From: Lytechinus pictus
Lineage: Eukaryota
Direction of reading: 5' to 3'
Assembly: GCF_037042905.1 (NCBI RefSeq)
Contig: NC_087252.1
Coordinates: 24,678,001 to 24,742,000, forward strand
DNA length: 64,000 bases
Shown here: piece after piece, positions 52,201 through 64,000 of the stretch
How the letters are laid out: each line of letters opens with the position of its first letter
Numbering within the stretch: the stretch's first letter is position 1
Notes under the pieces: model-generated
Database searches by the model: none
Seen by the model: only the letters and a program-made list of their open reading frames with translations
What the model was told of the DNA's origin: nothing
Made by a program: the position numbers and the translations under genes

Positions 52201-54285
52201 AAAAATTAAGGTGTGGATGGATTTCCATACAGTTGCGGTGATTGATTGGATCAATCGTAACTCTTTGCAAGACAGAGGCCCTAATGGCACAATAGTATGA
52301 ATATTCGTATGAATATTCATACCCTTCTCTATCAACAGAGGATGATTGATATAATTTTTTTTTAAACACTTCTCTCCAACACTCCTCTTCACATCATGAC
52401 TCCATATCTCTATCTCGCTCTTCTTTATTTTCCTTCTACCTATCTATTCTATCGCTCCCTCGGAGAGGACCTGAAGCCGTTGGTCCTCCGGTTGCTTGCT
52501 CACAAGCATTCATGCTTTCTTACCAATCAGGTAAAAAATCAACACCATTACCAATCTCTCTATCCCCTAGTATTCTTGATCATTTCCCCCTAGTTACTGC
52601 AGGCCATCCCAGTCAAAGCAAGAAATTTACCCACATTGTGCTGCACCCGACCCGGGTGAGGTGAGTGGGTACCCGGCCGGACTACTTCCTTGAATACACC
52701 GATCATCGGAAGGCAGGCTAAAGCTAAAGCTATCGATCTCTCCCAACCTCTTTGTCTCTCATGAAATCTCTCTCACTTGACCCCCCTCTCTCTCTCTCTC
52801 TTTCTATCTTTTTCTACCATCATTCCTTCTTCTTTCACCAAAGACCACAAGCTTCAGTCTCTGCGGATTCCGCTGAAATCCAAGTCCAGTTCCACCGACT
52901 TTCATAAGGGAGAAGATTGTAATGTCAGTTTTTTTAAAATGATTCCTAAATCCCTAGAATAGATTTCAATTTCTGTCTACACTCATTAATGAATGCTGTA
53001 TTATTCACCTAGTCCTAATTCCTCTTCTCAAGCTACCTCTCTCTCTCAAATCAAATAACCAATCTATCTCTACCTTAAAAATACCGTAAGTGTCGACAGG
53101 AAGAATTTAATTTCACACTATTACCCCCCCTCAAATTCATTTTTTTCCCAGAAAAAATAATCAGAATTTTTTTAAAAAGATGTACATTACTACTAGGCAA
53201 GATGTCAGCGATTAACCTCAACACAAATTCAGCAAACACTGTACTTTTCTAGACCTCTTTAAACCCTCGATCAATCCGAGTAGTCACTGCAACATGACTG
53301 GACCCCACACCCATTGACCCAATAGGCATTCGCACCCCATGGACTCCTGAGTTCTGTAAAGCTTTGTAATGGTCCATCTGGTTCTAGTAGTTAATGGGTT
53401 AACCTGTTAAATACCGAGTTCTGCGATTCCCAATGGCTTTGCGCAAGAACACCACTTTAAGTTGGCGATGGATTACTCTTGGCCTTTAAACTTGCTCAAT
53501 GGGATGATTCGTTCATATAGCAATACCATTATTTGGTGTACGTCAGGGTTGTCACCTGGGACCTTATTGTGTTGGAAATGTTATTGCCCAACACTTTGTC
53601 GTGGCGGTTCTGGGGAACGAAAAATAGGTGGCTTTCAGGATTTACACATTAAAATGATATGTTCATACAGTTCACTGTCGGTGGGAATATTAGTGCCGGT
53701 CAGAAGGGTGTGATATTTTATTGAGTGCCGTCTGGAAATTTTGGGTGCTGGAAAGTTCCGACCCGCGCCGGTGATTGTCGTTACAACACTGGTGTACATA
53801 GACATGGAGAGTGTATTGTGTAGTGTTACAGTATCTGCATTTTCAGGCTACGCTTTCCAATATCTCCTTTTGATATCGCTTGCCAACATATAGCGTTGGT
53901 ACAGAAAGAGATGATATACATGATCTTACATGTACATATAAGTAAATATTTCAATGTAAGGCAGATATACATGTACATACATGTAAGTATTATTTGATCC
54001 AGATATCACGAGTTGCTATTGTGATATAGATATTGGAGAACATCTGCTTTACTTCCCATGAAGTATGGTTCCTTATAGTTTATAATTTCATACTCATGCA
54101 TTTTTTTCATACTTTTCATGTATGCTAAATATTACTGGTGAGGGGGCTGTGCTACTTATTGATGTAGTCCAAACGGTACCATCAATTTACATGGCCTGTA
54201 AATTTAGTCTTAACCTCTTCGAGCAAACACATGAACGGCAAACATCAAAAGGCAGTGAATGTATGTGAAAGGTTCATACCAGTCA

Positions 54286-56936
54286 TCAGAGCAAGAGCAT
54301 ATTTTGCGGTGGCGCTGTTTCGCTTCCAGGCAGGGAAGGATTGCCAGAGAGCTGATGTTTCTGGAGGTGCTTCTGCAGGGCACTGTTCACAATGAACGAC
54401 TTTCCGCACACGGGGCACTGGTGGGGTCGGAACTCGGTGTGGATGCGTTCGTGCATGTTCCTGGCGCTGCACTGCGAAAAGCGCTTGCTGCAGAAGCGGC
54501 AGGGGTAAGGCTGCTCGCCGATGTGCGTGCGGACGTGGATCTGCAGGTAGCGACTCTGCGTGAACGTCCTCCCGCATATGTTGCAAATGAATGGTCTGAT
54601 ACCATGCACTTTCTCATGATGCGCAAGTGCAGCAGTGTCATCGAAGCGCATGCTGCAGAACCTACAGGTGTACATTGGGCGCAAGGCATTGTTGGGATGG
54701 TCCGGGAGATTCTGATTATTGTAATTTGGAATGGTATCATATGGAACATTCGGACTACGCAATGGCATGTGATCTACAGGGGATAGAGGGCTGAGTTTAT
54801 AGTCCCCATTCCTTACATGTATCCTCTCGTGAACATTACGAGAGCTTCCTTGGGTAAAGCGCTTGGTACAGTACCGGCACTGATATGGTTTCTCGCCCGT
54901 GTGTGTTCGTTCGTGAATCTGTAGATATCGGCCTTTGCTAAAAGCCTTCCCACAAAAGCCACAAACATGATCTCTTGGCCGCATGTGCGTCTGTTCGTGA
55001 CTAACAAGCAAGGCAGCATCAGTGAAGGTTTTATTGCAATAACGACAGCTCTGGATAGCTGGATGCACTGGAAGATTAGGCATAGTGGAATTTTCACTAT
55101 TTGTTTCTGAAGCCTTCTCGCCTTCCTTCTCTCCGTTGGCTCCATCTGCAACTTCTTTCTCACCACCTTCTTGTGCTTCATTGCAATTTTGTTCTGCTTC
55201 TTTTGCTGCTTTGATTCTTTCATGAATTCTCTCATGAGCATTCCTGGAACTGGTTTGACTAAAGGTCTTCCCGCAGTACTTACAGGAGTAAGGCTTCTCC
55301 CCAGTATGGATTCGGACGTGAATCTCAAGGTAGCTCCTGTGCGTGAAACGCTTGCTGCATATGTCGCAGGAAAATGGCCTCAGCACATGAGACTGCTGGT
55401 GTTGGTGAAGTTCTGAAGAAGACGCAAAGACCTCAGGACATTGCCTACATGGGAAAACCTGCTGATGCGGCACTGGGGCGGGATGTATTGGCCGCTGAAA
55501 GAGCATAGGCGGAACACCATTTACAGCAGCCAAGCCACTGCATTCATGCCGCAGCAGGTCTCGACTTCTTTTGAAGCTCAGACCACACTTCTTGCAGTCA
55601 TACATCCCCCAGTTTCCATGCTTCTGTTCATGGACATTCCGTGATGTCATCTGGTTGAATCGCTTCCCGCAAACTCTGCATGGATAGGGCTTCTCACCCG
55701 TATGCAAGCGTTCATGAACACGCAAGTATGCCTTCTGATTGAACCCTCTTCCACAAACACCACAAATATAGGGTTTCAGAGAGCTGTGCGTAAGCTCATG
55801 CTGCATCAACTGACTGGCAAAGAGGAAGCATTTGCCACAGAACCTACACTGGAATGGCTTGGAGTCACTGTGGATGCGCTTGTGGGTCCGCAGATGACTG
55901 CCATCTCTGAACCTCATCCCACAAGTTGGCACATCGCACATGAACGGTTTGACCCTGGTGTGGGTCCGTTCATGCGTGTTCCGTGCACTCCCCTGCGTGA
56001 ACGACTTGTCACAGAAGCGACAGCTATAGGGTTTCTCTCCCGTGTGGATGCGTACATGGGTTCGCAAGTACTCCTTGTGGCTGAAGCGTTTGCCGCAAAA
56101 CGTGCAGACGAACGGCTTGTTGGCATCCAAGTGTGATTGGTTGTCCCCGTTCTCAGCAACTCTTGACCCCTGCATACAGGCATGGCCAAGAAGATCTTCC
56201 TTCGTTGGAAACAGATCACCGCATAACTCACACCTCTGACCATCGACAACACTATGTGTTATCATGTGAGCATTGTAGACCAGCTCGAGAGCGAACTGCT
56301 GCCCACAAACGCCACACACATACCCTTTCCCTGCTTCCGCTGCATCTTCTGCACCACCTACACCATCTCCCCTCTCAACCTCTACACCCCTATTCCCATC
56401 ATTTGCTTCAAAATCCCTATACCTTTGCATATCAAGATCCATCATGGGCTCACCATTACTTGTGGCGTAACCACCCACACTCTCACTCTCTCCATCTGAC
56501 CTCTGACCCCTTTGGTCATAATACTCCGAACCCTGACCTGCATCCTCATAACCTTGAGAGCTCTCACTCATATGCGCCGGCTCACTGGAGTTGTCTCCTC
56601 CATTCTCATACGTCTCACCTCCCACCCCTGAACTTTGACCTGCGAGTTCTGCACTCTGATCCCCTAACTCTGAATCCTGATCCCTCTCCTCCGAACCCGG
56701 ACCTCCAAACTCCGACCTTTGACCTGTAAAGGCCTCACTGTTGGCTGCTAGTTGATTGTACACCTCTGCTTCAGCCACCATAGCTGCAAGGGTCTGTCTG
56801 TCAATGCTCTTGACCACGTGATGACTGGTTGAAGAACCTCTGATTACTTTGTTGTGGGAGTAACGGAGATGGCGGGCAAGGTAGATCGCGATGGTGAACA
56901 GCCGACCGCAGAACTCACACTTGTATGTTCCAGATT
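54286..56936 (-). CDS. Gene B (PRDM7/9-like) terminal exon: post-SET finger, acidic spacer and 19 further zinc fingers
   Basis: 914-aa ORF; ttttttcag acceptor in phase 1; YKCEFCGRLFTIAIYLARHLRYSH followed by TGEKP-linked fingers. Confidence 0.93.
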
Positions 56937-57224
56937 CTGAAAAAACAAGTTTGTTAAAATTGTTGAGATTTGAAGGTTTGCATGGTAGAGGAAAAAAATA
57001 AGGATTACCATACATGTATATGTCAAACATTTGTTTGAGAGCTTACCCCATTGTACTGATTCCAAATGGGGTGTTTGGACCCAGCTACAGAGCAAAGTCG
57101 TTTGAGGAATCACAAGAGTTATCTCCTGTTACCCAAGTTAGGCATGTTACGTATTATGTTTTAACCAATGGGTATTGTTTGTTTTAAAGACCCTATAACT
57201 CAACTACCCCATACATTCTGAAAG

Positions 57225-57665
57225 CAACAAAGACACCCATGAATCCAACTTACTTGACTCATATATAAGGCTGGCCAGTCAATAAAATTCCCCAATCCCT
57301 TCCCAAAAGCAATACATCAATCTTGAATCTGACTTACATGAATCTTACATACGGCTGGCTAACCAATCAAATAACCCAATCCTTTCCCAAAGCTGCAAAA
57401 GACACTCTTGAATATGACTTACTTGCATCATGCACAAGGCTAGCCAAGCCAATCAAATACCCCAATTCCTTCAAAAAAATTACCTGAATCATAACTAAAG
57501 CTGGCCAGTGAATGTTACCACATCCCTTCCTTTAAGCAATAAAGACACTCTTGAATCTGACATGAGATTGGCCAGCAATTTGAACACCCCCTTACATATA
57601 CCTTCCCAAAGTTGCAAAGACACACTTCAATCCAACTTACTTGAGTCATACATAAGGCTGGTAAG
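57225..57665 (-). repeat. ~85-bp tandem array that copies the exon end and donor of gene B's second SET exon
   Basis: Plus-strand acttacttga.tcata.ataaggctgg units at ~57248, 57332, 57417, (57478), (57557) and 57635. Confidence 0.8.
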
Positions 57666-57893
57666 TTCCGAGACAACGTCCAGCTTCTTGGCGAATTCCT
57701 CACCGTAGTAGACCAGTAGTTCCGTTCCAGGCTCGATGGGCTTGCAGGTGTGATAGTAGATCTCTCCAAGGTGCTGGAAGGCCACCAGATTCTGCTCTGC
57801 CAAGTTACGGGCGCAGTTGACAAAGCGAAGCCAGTTTCCTTTCCTCTCGTCCTTGCCATCGATGCAATGAATCACTTTGCCCTGGACGCATAT
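57641..57893 (-). CDS. Gene B exon: C-terminal half of the PR/SET domain
   Basis: ICVQGKVIHCIDGKDERKGNWLRFVNCARNLAEQNLVAFQHLGEIYYHTCKPIEPGTELLVYYGEEFAKKL; tttcag acceptor in phase 0, A|GTAAGT donor in phase 1. Confidence 0.92.
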
Positions 57894-59859
57894 CTGAAAG
57901 TTCACAAAAGCAACATAATACTAAAGTAGAGTTTCGCTATTTGTGGGTTTTGCAATTGCTATATTCAGATAATATAAACCAGTGGGCCGCACTCTGGCAT
58001 CGAAATCAGACTATGGTAAGGGGTTGAAGTTCACCTTTGGTCTGATGGTCCATTCAGAAGAAATAGGTAAATGATGACATTAACATACACATATTCCATC
58101 ATCACTTTGCATGGGTAACACTTGTACCTGACAATACCCACAAGCCGAGCGTCATCGAAATCGGAGTTTGCTTTCTTGGGTGGCCAGATTCACCTTTTGG
58201 GGGCGAAATGGTTGACGAGAGACATCCATCCATCCAATCTAATGCAAAGTGCCTTCTAGCATGCTGGGCGGCTCACAACAACAACAAACATGCAACATCT
58301 ACAAAGTGCTTTACAACTTTTAAAGCACTAAATGCTATATTCTTGGCTTTAGCATGGCTATCCTGATCAGGTTTGGAAGTCAGTTTTAACCCTTAACATG
58401 CCATGAACGCATATCTGTGCATCCAATGGAGTGCCACAAACACATTTTCGTGCAATGGTCATACAGCTACTGTTATGCCTATTGCATTTTGAGGAGCGCA
58501 TTGCATGCATGAGTGATTCTATTATTCAGTTCAGCTTATGGTCAAGAGGTTTAACATTATTGTCTCAGGAGTGTCTCCCTTTTTTATAATAAAACAATTA
58601 AATATATAGACTCTTTGACAAAAAAAATGGCACTCGCTGATTACAGTGAATGGCACATTAAGAGTTAACAATAATTTTATCAGTTATCAGTTTATCAATC
58701 AGGTTTATGCTCAAGCATACAAGGAATTCCTTCCTATGTGGTACCCATTTACTACACCTGGGCGGAGAGTGGCAAATGTAGATAAATGCCTTGTGAGAGG
58801 ACGAGAATAAGTACTGCAGAAGGATTTGAACCCTCGACTTTGCAGTTCAAAGTATCTCTACTTCTTCTCTGACCAATATCTTCTGTCTCTCATAAGGAAA
58901 GCTGGGTTATATCGGTTACTTCTTAAAATTTCATTGGAAAACAAATATTTTAAACAATTATTCAGAAAGGTAGCTAGCTGTCTTTGGAAAAAGGGTTACT
59001 TTTCTAAAGTAAATATTGATAAAAAAGGATGTTCTAAAATCCCTTTCCATAGCTATCGGTCATTTGGCTAACAATGTGGTTTTTTCTCTCTCTCTCTGAA
59101 TATGTAAAAGGAACTACATGTACCTTTCAGAACCAAACTCATTAAATATCAAAATGTACATAACATCAACTTGTAAACATGATTAATCCATCAAAATAAA
59201 GTATTGATATCTTTAAGGATTCATGTGTTTCTAGGCCCACACCCCTTCGTTGGACCACATCATTCCAAAAGGAGAAGTGTATTTCAAACCTATCTCTCAG
59301 GCATGTAACCGGCATTGATGCAAATGATCTTTCCAGCATTTTCTCCAAAACTGCACCTCTCTTGTGCTCCTCATCCCCCATCTATTCCCCCTATCACAAT
59401 TCCTAAAATATAAAGCCCCCCTAAAAAATGTTCATATCATCAGTATTAGTCCTAGTACCCCCCCCCCCAAAAAAAAAAAAATCATTTAAACCAAAAGAGG
59501 GTTACCAATTTTTTGGGGAGGAAAAGGGACTCAGCGGGTGGATCCTGAAAAATCATCGAATTAGGTCATTTGACATTTTTTCCAGAAATATCTGTAATCA
59601 GGGGTAGTTTACAAATTCTCCCAAAATAAACCTAAAATCGTGGAGAAAATTTTGAAAGCAGTCCTTCAAAGCACAGGTCTGTGGCAAATAAAACCTTTGA
59701 TTTGCTGTGTTCTATTCCAAAAACCTGTGACAGGGGGTAAAAAAACCTAATTCATTTCCTTCCCTAAAGGGAGAGGGGGTATCTCTAAGAATCTTGAACA
59801 AGCATGCTAATGATTAACCCCCATCCCCCTCTCTTTGATGTAAGATTCAATAGACCTAC

Positions 59860-60125
59860 CTCCCAAGCATATCCGCTCCAGTAGCCGGCATCGTTGCTAA
59901 CGATCTCCCCGGCGTAGGGACCAAACCGCACCCCTTTGGGTATGTGCTTTTCGGCCCACACCCCTTCCCCGCACCCCTCCACTCCAGAGTGTGAGATAGA
60001 GAGGAAGTCCGGGAGCGTTAATCTGGCCCGGTTCTCGCACTCCGCAGGTACGGGTTTGTCTTCGATGACGGTGAAGGGGTGCAGCGGGCACTCCCCTTCG
60101 TAACGTTCCTTGCATTCCTCACAGT
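59860..60125 (-). CDS. Gene B exon: zinc knuckle and N-terminal half of the PR/SET domain
   Basis: CEECKERYEGECPLH...RARLTLPDFLSISHSGVEGCGEGVWAEKHIPKGVRFGPYAG...GYAWE; poly-T cag acceptor in phase 1, GAG|GTAGGT donor. Confidence 0.92.
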
Positions 60126-61290
60126 CTGAAAAAAAAAGAAGACAAGAACACATTTAAAATAGAGAATATGGATAGATAGACATGTATTTTTTTTAAAATG
60201 GAGAAATGGAAACTGGATCCCAACATTTCTGAATATTTAAAGATGATTTTGCTCAAAGGTAGCAATAAAGTGCATTCCCCATTAAGAGGATGTGGTCATC
60301 TAAAGAAAACAATAATAGCAATCTTGAAACAAGCCTGGGATAGTAAAGATTCCGATTCTCTCCTTGAAATTCAGAACGATTTGGCATCCTGTGTCTACAC
60401 ATCTCTTTGAAACAAGGCATTAGCTGAAATGGTACTTCTTCTAAAATTAAAAAATAAACCCTTGAAAATATACATGTAAAACAAGACTACAAATAAAAAC
60501 TAAACTGTAAAGTGCATAAATATGGTTAAGTCTTTCAGATTAATATTTAAAACAAAAAGAGGGATAAGGGAGTCCAAAAAACTTTTTCCAACAAGCAATC
60601 AAGCAACAAGTACAACAAAAAAGTAACTGATTATCATTAAAGAAAGAATAAAATATTATTTCATATACCATAACAGTGGAATTGTCTTTGATTCTGTCTT
60701 TCACGGATACACAGAACAGTAAGAAAAAAAAAGAGATTATTGAAGCAATTTAATAAAGTGATTAAAATGAGAAAGAAACAAACAAAATCTGAGAATTCTA
60801 CAGTAAAAGTAATGTTTATACCCTCAGATGAAAATAAAAGCAACACAAATGTACAATAAAGCACAAAATAGTTGTGTGAAATAAACTTGTGAAGTCTTGT
60901 TAATAGTTACAAATTTGCAACAAAGAAAGGAAAAAGCCAGTCAGGAAAAATGTATGCAAGCAGCACAAATAAAAAAAGAAAAGGGTCATTAATGTTGCAA
61001 GTCCCAAAGAGTCTTTTAATAGACTATATCAAAATTTCATCAAGTAAATATGTCAAGAGAAATAAGTTGATTTCTGAGGAATATGGAGATCAACATTCCA
61101 GATGCACAGTTTACAGTGAATGCATCCCTAAATTACATTCACTTTTATAAAATATATAATTTCACTTCTGTTTTTATATAGCTCAGTGTCCTCACTAAAA
61201 TATTTACAATGGCAAAATTTTCCAAGCCCTTGAATTATCAGAAACTTCTGCAAGGGGTCAAGTCTATTAAAAACACATCAAGAAAATTAC

Positions 61291-61340
61291 CCATCATTTC
61301 TTGAGTTCTCGACACCAGGACGGCAACAGCAGCGATATGA
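61291..61340 (-). CDS. Gene B candidate upstream exon ending ATG ATG G (would give MMDCEEC...)
   Basis: gttctgtccag acceptor and G|GTAATT donor in the required phase 1. No homology support; the true 5' exons may lie outside the window. Confidence 0.3.
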
Positions 61341-62026
61341 CTGGACAGAACACTAACCAGCATACAAACTAAACAATTCTCGAAAGAGCTACCAAAACGT
61401 TACCATCTCTCTCGCTGACTATACGTTCATAAATGGCTGCACATGGCTGCACTTGGCCAGCATGGGTGAGTGAAACTATAGTAGTTTGAGCACTATTATT
61501 GTAATAAACCACAATAGGTCTGTTTACACCTCTCCGTTCATGAAAATACCTGTAAATTATATGAACTTGAAGGCCTAAAAGTGTTTCACACATTCTCTGT
61601 CTAAACCAGATAAACTTCTAGTAGCAGAGCAGCAAAGAGAAGGGAGCTACTGAAGAAGACATGAAAGGAGCAAGAAGTGGAGGAGGGATGGGTTGAGGTA
61701 GGAGGATGCACTTAATAAAGTAAAGTGGAGGGATGGTTTTGAGGTTTATGTTAGTGCGAGGTAAATCTGGCCAACCCAGACCCTCTTTCTTTTTAGACCC
61801 TTTTATTTATTTTGGGAGCAATTTTTACAATAATTTCTTCCGAGTAGTGGATTCAAATGTGCATTGCTTTTTAAAACAAAAGATAATTTATGCAACGACA
61901 TAGCAAAACACCTGGCTCATTGGATAATCCAATTAAAGTGCATAGTACATGTACGTATTTGGACTCTCCCCCACCCTTTCCAGAATATGGAGTAATAATT
62001 AATAATTCTCTCAAGCTTAGTTCATT

Positions 62027-62466
62027 CCCGGCGGCGGGGGGTACTTGAATTATAAGATGATACCTATGTGCTGCGCCAACTCTAAAATAGGGGCTTCCGC
62101 AACTAAATCTTGGTCTTAAAATTAGGGTCTCCGAAGCAGCTCTTGGATCAACGATTGCTAAAAATGCAATGCTCTGGAACCGACCACATCAAGAACAGGG
62201 TCTCTGGAACTCATAAGATCGTAGGCGTAATCGGTAGCGGCTATGTAATGATTCATATCGGCCGGCGCAAGCTAGCTGCAGGCGCGGGGAGCTTCGGCGG
62301 GCCGACATAAGGGCTCCACGATGATCGAGCTCGCCGCTCTGACCGGCTGAGTAGATCATGACGGGCGCTATCTGGAGCGAGTTATTACAAATTTGAGAGC
62401 CTCCAGAAGGGGGAAAAAGGCATGGCACATACGTATCATACACTTACACTGAGTACCCCCCTCCCC
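62027..62466. mobile_element. MITE with ggggggtact / agtacccccc ends
   Basis: Inverted termini around a CpG-rich interior. Confidence 0.45.
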
Positions 62467-62569
62467 TGTTCATCACTAGCAAACAATATATCCTCTTACT
62501 CTAGATCAAAATAGGTCTTGTCATTAGGGTTTTTCACAATGCAAATTTCTCTAGGACTATGAGATAGGA

Positions 62570-63740
62570 AACAAGTGGAATGCCTCTGGCGGTCTCACCT
62601 GCATCACGCAATTCAATATAGCAGCAGTGCTGACTTTGAAAACTACTATAAAATAATTATTCACAAAAAACACCATTCATATAATGATACAATACTACGT
62701 TCATTGACCTTTGACCTTGATCATGTGACCTAAAACTTGTCAGTGAAACTTGATTACCCCTATATCCACAGTTTATACTATAAACTTTGAAAGTTATGAC
62801 AGCAATCTTATAATTACCTCTAAAATGGCAAAAGTTCAATGACCTTAAATGACCTTTGACTTTGGTCATGTGACCTGAAACTCGGACAAAATGTTCAAAG
62901 ATACTTGATTACTCTTTATGTCCAAGTTTCATGAATCAGATCCATAAACTTTCAAAGTTATGATGGTAATTCAACAGATACCCCCCCCCCCCCACATGGG
63001 CAAAGTTCATTGACCTTTGATCTTGGTCATGTGACCTGAAATTTGCACAGGATGTTCAGTGATACTTGAATATGTCCATGCTTTATGAACTAGACCAATA
63101 AACTTTCAAAGTTATGATGGTAAATTCAACAAATACCCCCAACTTGGCCAAAGTTCATTTGACCTTAAATGACTTTTGATCTTAATCATGTGACCTGAAA
63201 CTTGCACAGAATGTTCAGTGATACTTGATTACTCTTATGTCCAAGTTTCATGAATCAGATCCATAAACTTTTAAAGTTATGATGGTATCAACAGATACCC
63301 CCAATTTGGCCAAAGTTCATTGACCCTAAATGACATTTGACCTTGGTCATGTGACGTGAAACTCAAGCAGGATGTTCAGTAATACTTGATTAACTTTATG
63401 TCCAAGTTTCAAGAACTAGGTCCATATATTTTCTAAGTTATGATGACATTTCAAAAACTTAACCTTAGGTTAAGATTTTGATGTTGATTCTCCCAACATG
63501 GTCTAAGTTCATTGACCCTAAATGACCTTTGACCTTGGTCATGTGACCTGAAACTCAGGCAGGATGTTCAGTAATACTTGATTAACCTTATGGCCAATTT
63601 TCATGAACTAGGTCCATAGACTTTCTAAGTTATGCTGTCATTTCAAAAACTTAAACTTTGGTTAAGATTTGGTGTTGATGCCTCCGCCGTCGGAAAAGCG
63701 GCGCCTATAGTCTCACTCTGCCATGCAGGCGAGACAAAAA
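62570..63740 (-). mobile_element. Complete HINE/Helentron-associated element, same family as 1-738
   Basis: On the minus strand: 5' TTTTTGTCTCGCCTGCATGGCAGAGTGAGAC (subTIR plus inverted repeat), ~160-bp tandem units, and a 3' atgcaggtgagac, stem-loop and cttgtt. Confidence 0.75.
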
Positions 63741-64000
63741 CACCATTATTAAAGTTCTCATCATTTTTATATGTACTTTGCCGGTATTTAATAATAACGA
63801 TAATATGCAACATTTATAAAGTGCTTAATAGTAATACAAATGTTTCTAAGCACTGCATACCATTAGCTTGGCTTAGCACGGCTACCCTAATCGGGTGCAT
63901 TGAGCATTCAAGGAATTCCTTCCTACCGGCAGTGGCGGACTGTGACCCGGAGGAGACAAAGCATTGGAGGGGCACAGCATTGTTCACAAAGAATACAGTG

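Noticed and set aside
53270..53792. GC-richer patch ending in a hAT-like terminus (gttacaacactg)
   Set aside because: No matching second TIR, TSD or convincing transposase frame found by eye.
56937..57030. N-terminal 31 aa of the 914-aa ORF
   Set aside because: Intronic; the acceptor at 56937-56938 links in phase to the SET exon.
54286..60125. Calling either gene a canonical hotspot-specifying PRDM9
   Set aside because: No KRAB or SSXRD is visible and the fingers are not a homogenised 84-bp minisatellite; orthology needs a phylogeny, so no gene symbol is given.

Overview
Eukaryotic, AT-rich, repeat-dense genomic DNA. The repeat families and gene style suggest a sea urchin or other echinoderm (inference, not verified). 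The window holds two convergent, intron-containing PR/SET-domain + C2H2 zinc-finger genes whose SET domains resemble PRDM7/9. Gene A (+ strand): a putative promoter and non-coding exon at ~6.3-6.6 kb, start codon at 12350, 8-9 small coding exons joined in consistent phases, and a 9.4-kb terminal exon (27872-37239) with ~56 zinc fingers; about 3,500 aa in total. Gene B (- strand): SET exons 60125-59860 and 57893-57641 and a terminal exon 56936-54286 with 20 fingers; about 1,060 aa, 5' end uncertain. No KRAB or SSXRD domain is visible for either gene. Strand-asymmetric composition and poly(A) signals suggest two long, nearly abutting 3' UTRs. Introns and flanks contain many MITEs (TTAA-, TA-, 6-, 7- and 8-bp TSD types), Helentron/HINE-like satellite-bearing elements, SINE pieces and a LINE tail. 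The most unusual signals are: (i) pervasive TACATGTA motifs that aligned repeat copies show to be precise CATGTA insertions at TA sites, matching Tc1-type excision footprints and apparently confined to the gene bodies; (ii) tandem arrays that copy a splice site next to a SET exon in each gene; (iii) modular doublet or triplet zinc-finger architectures.
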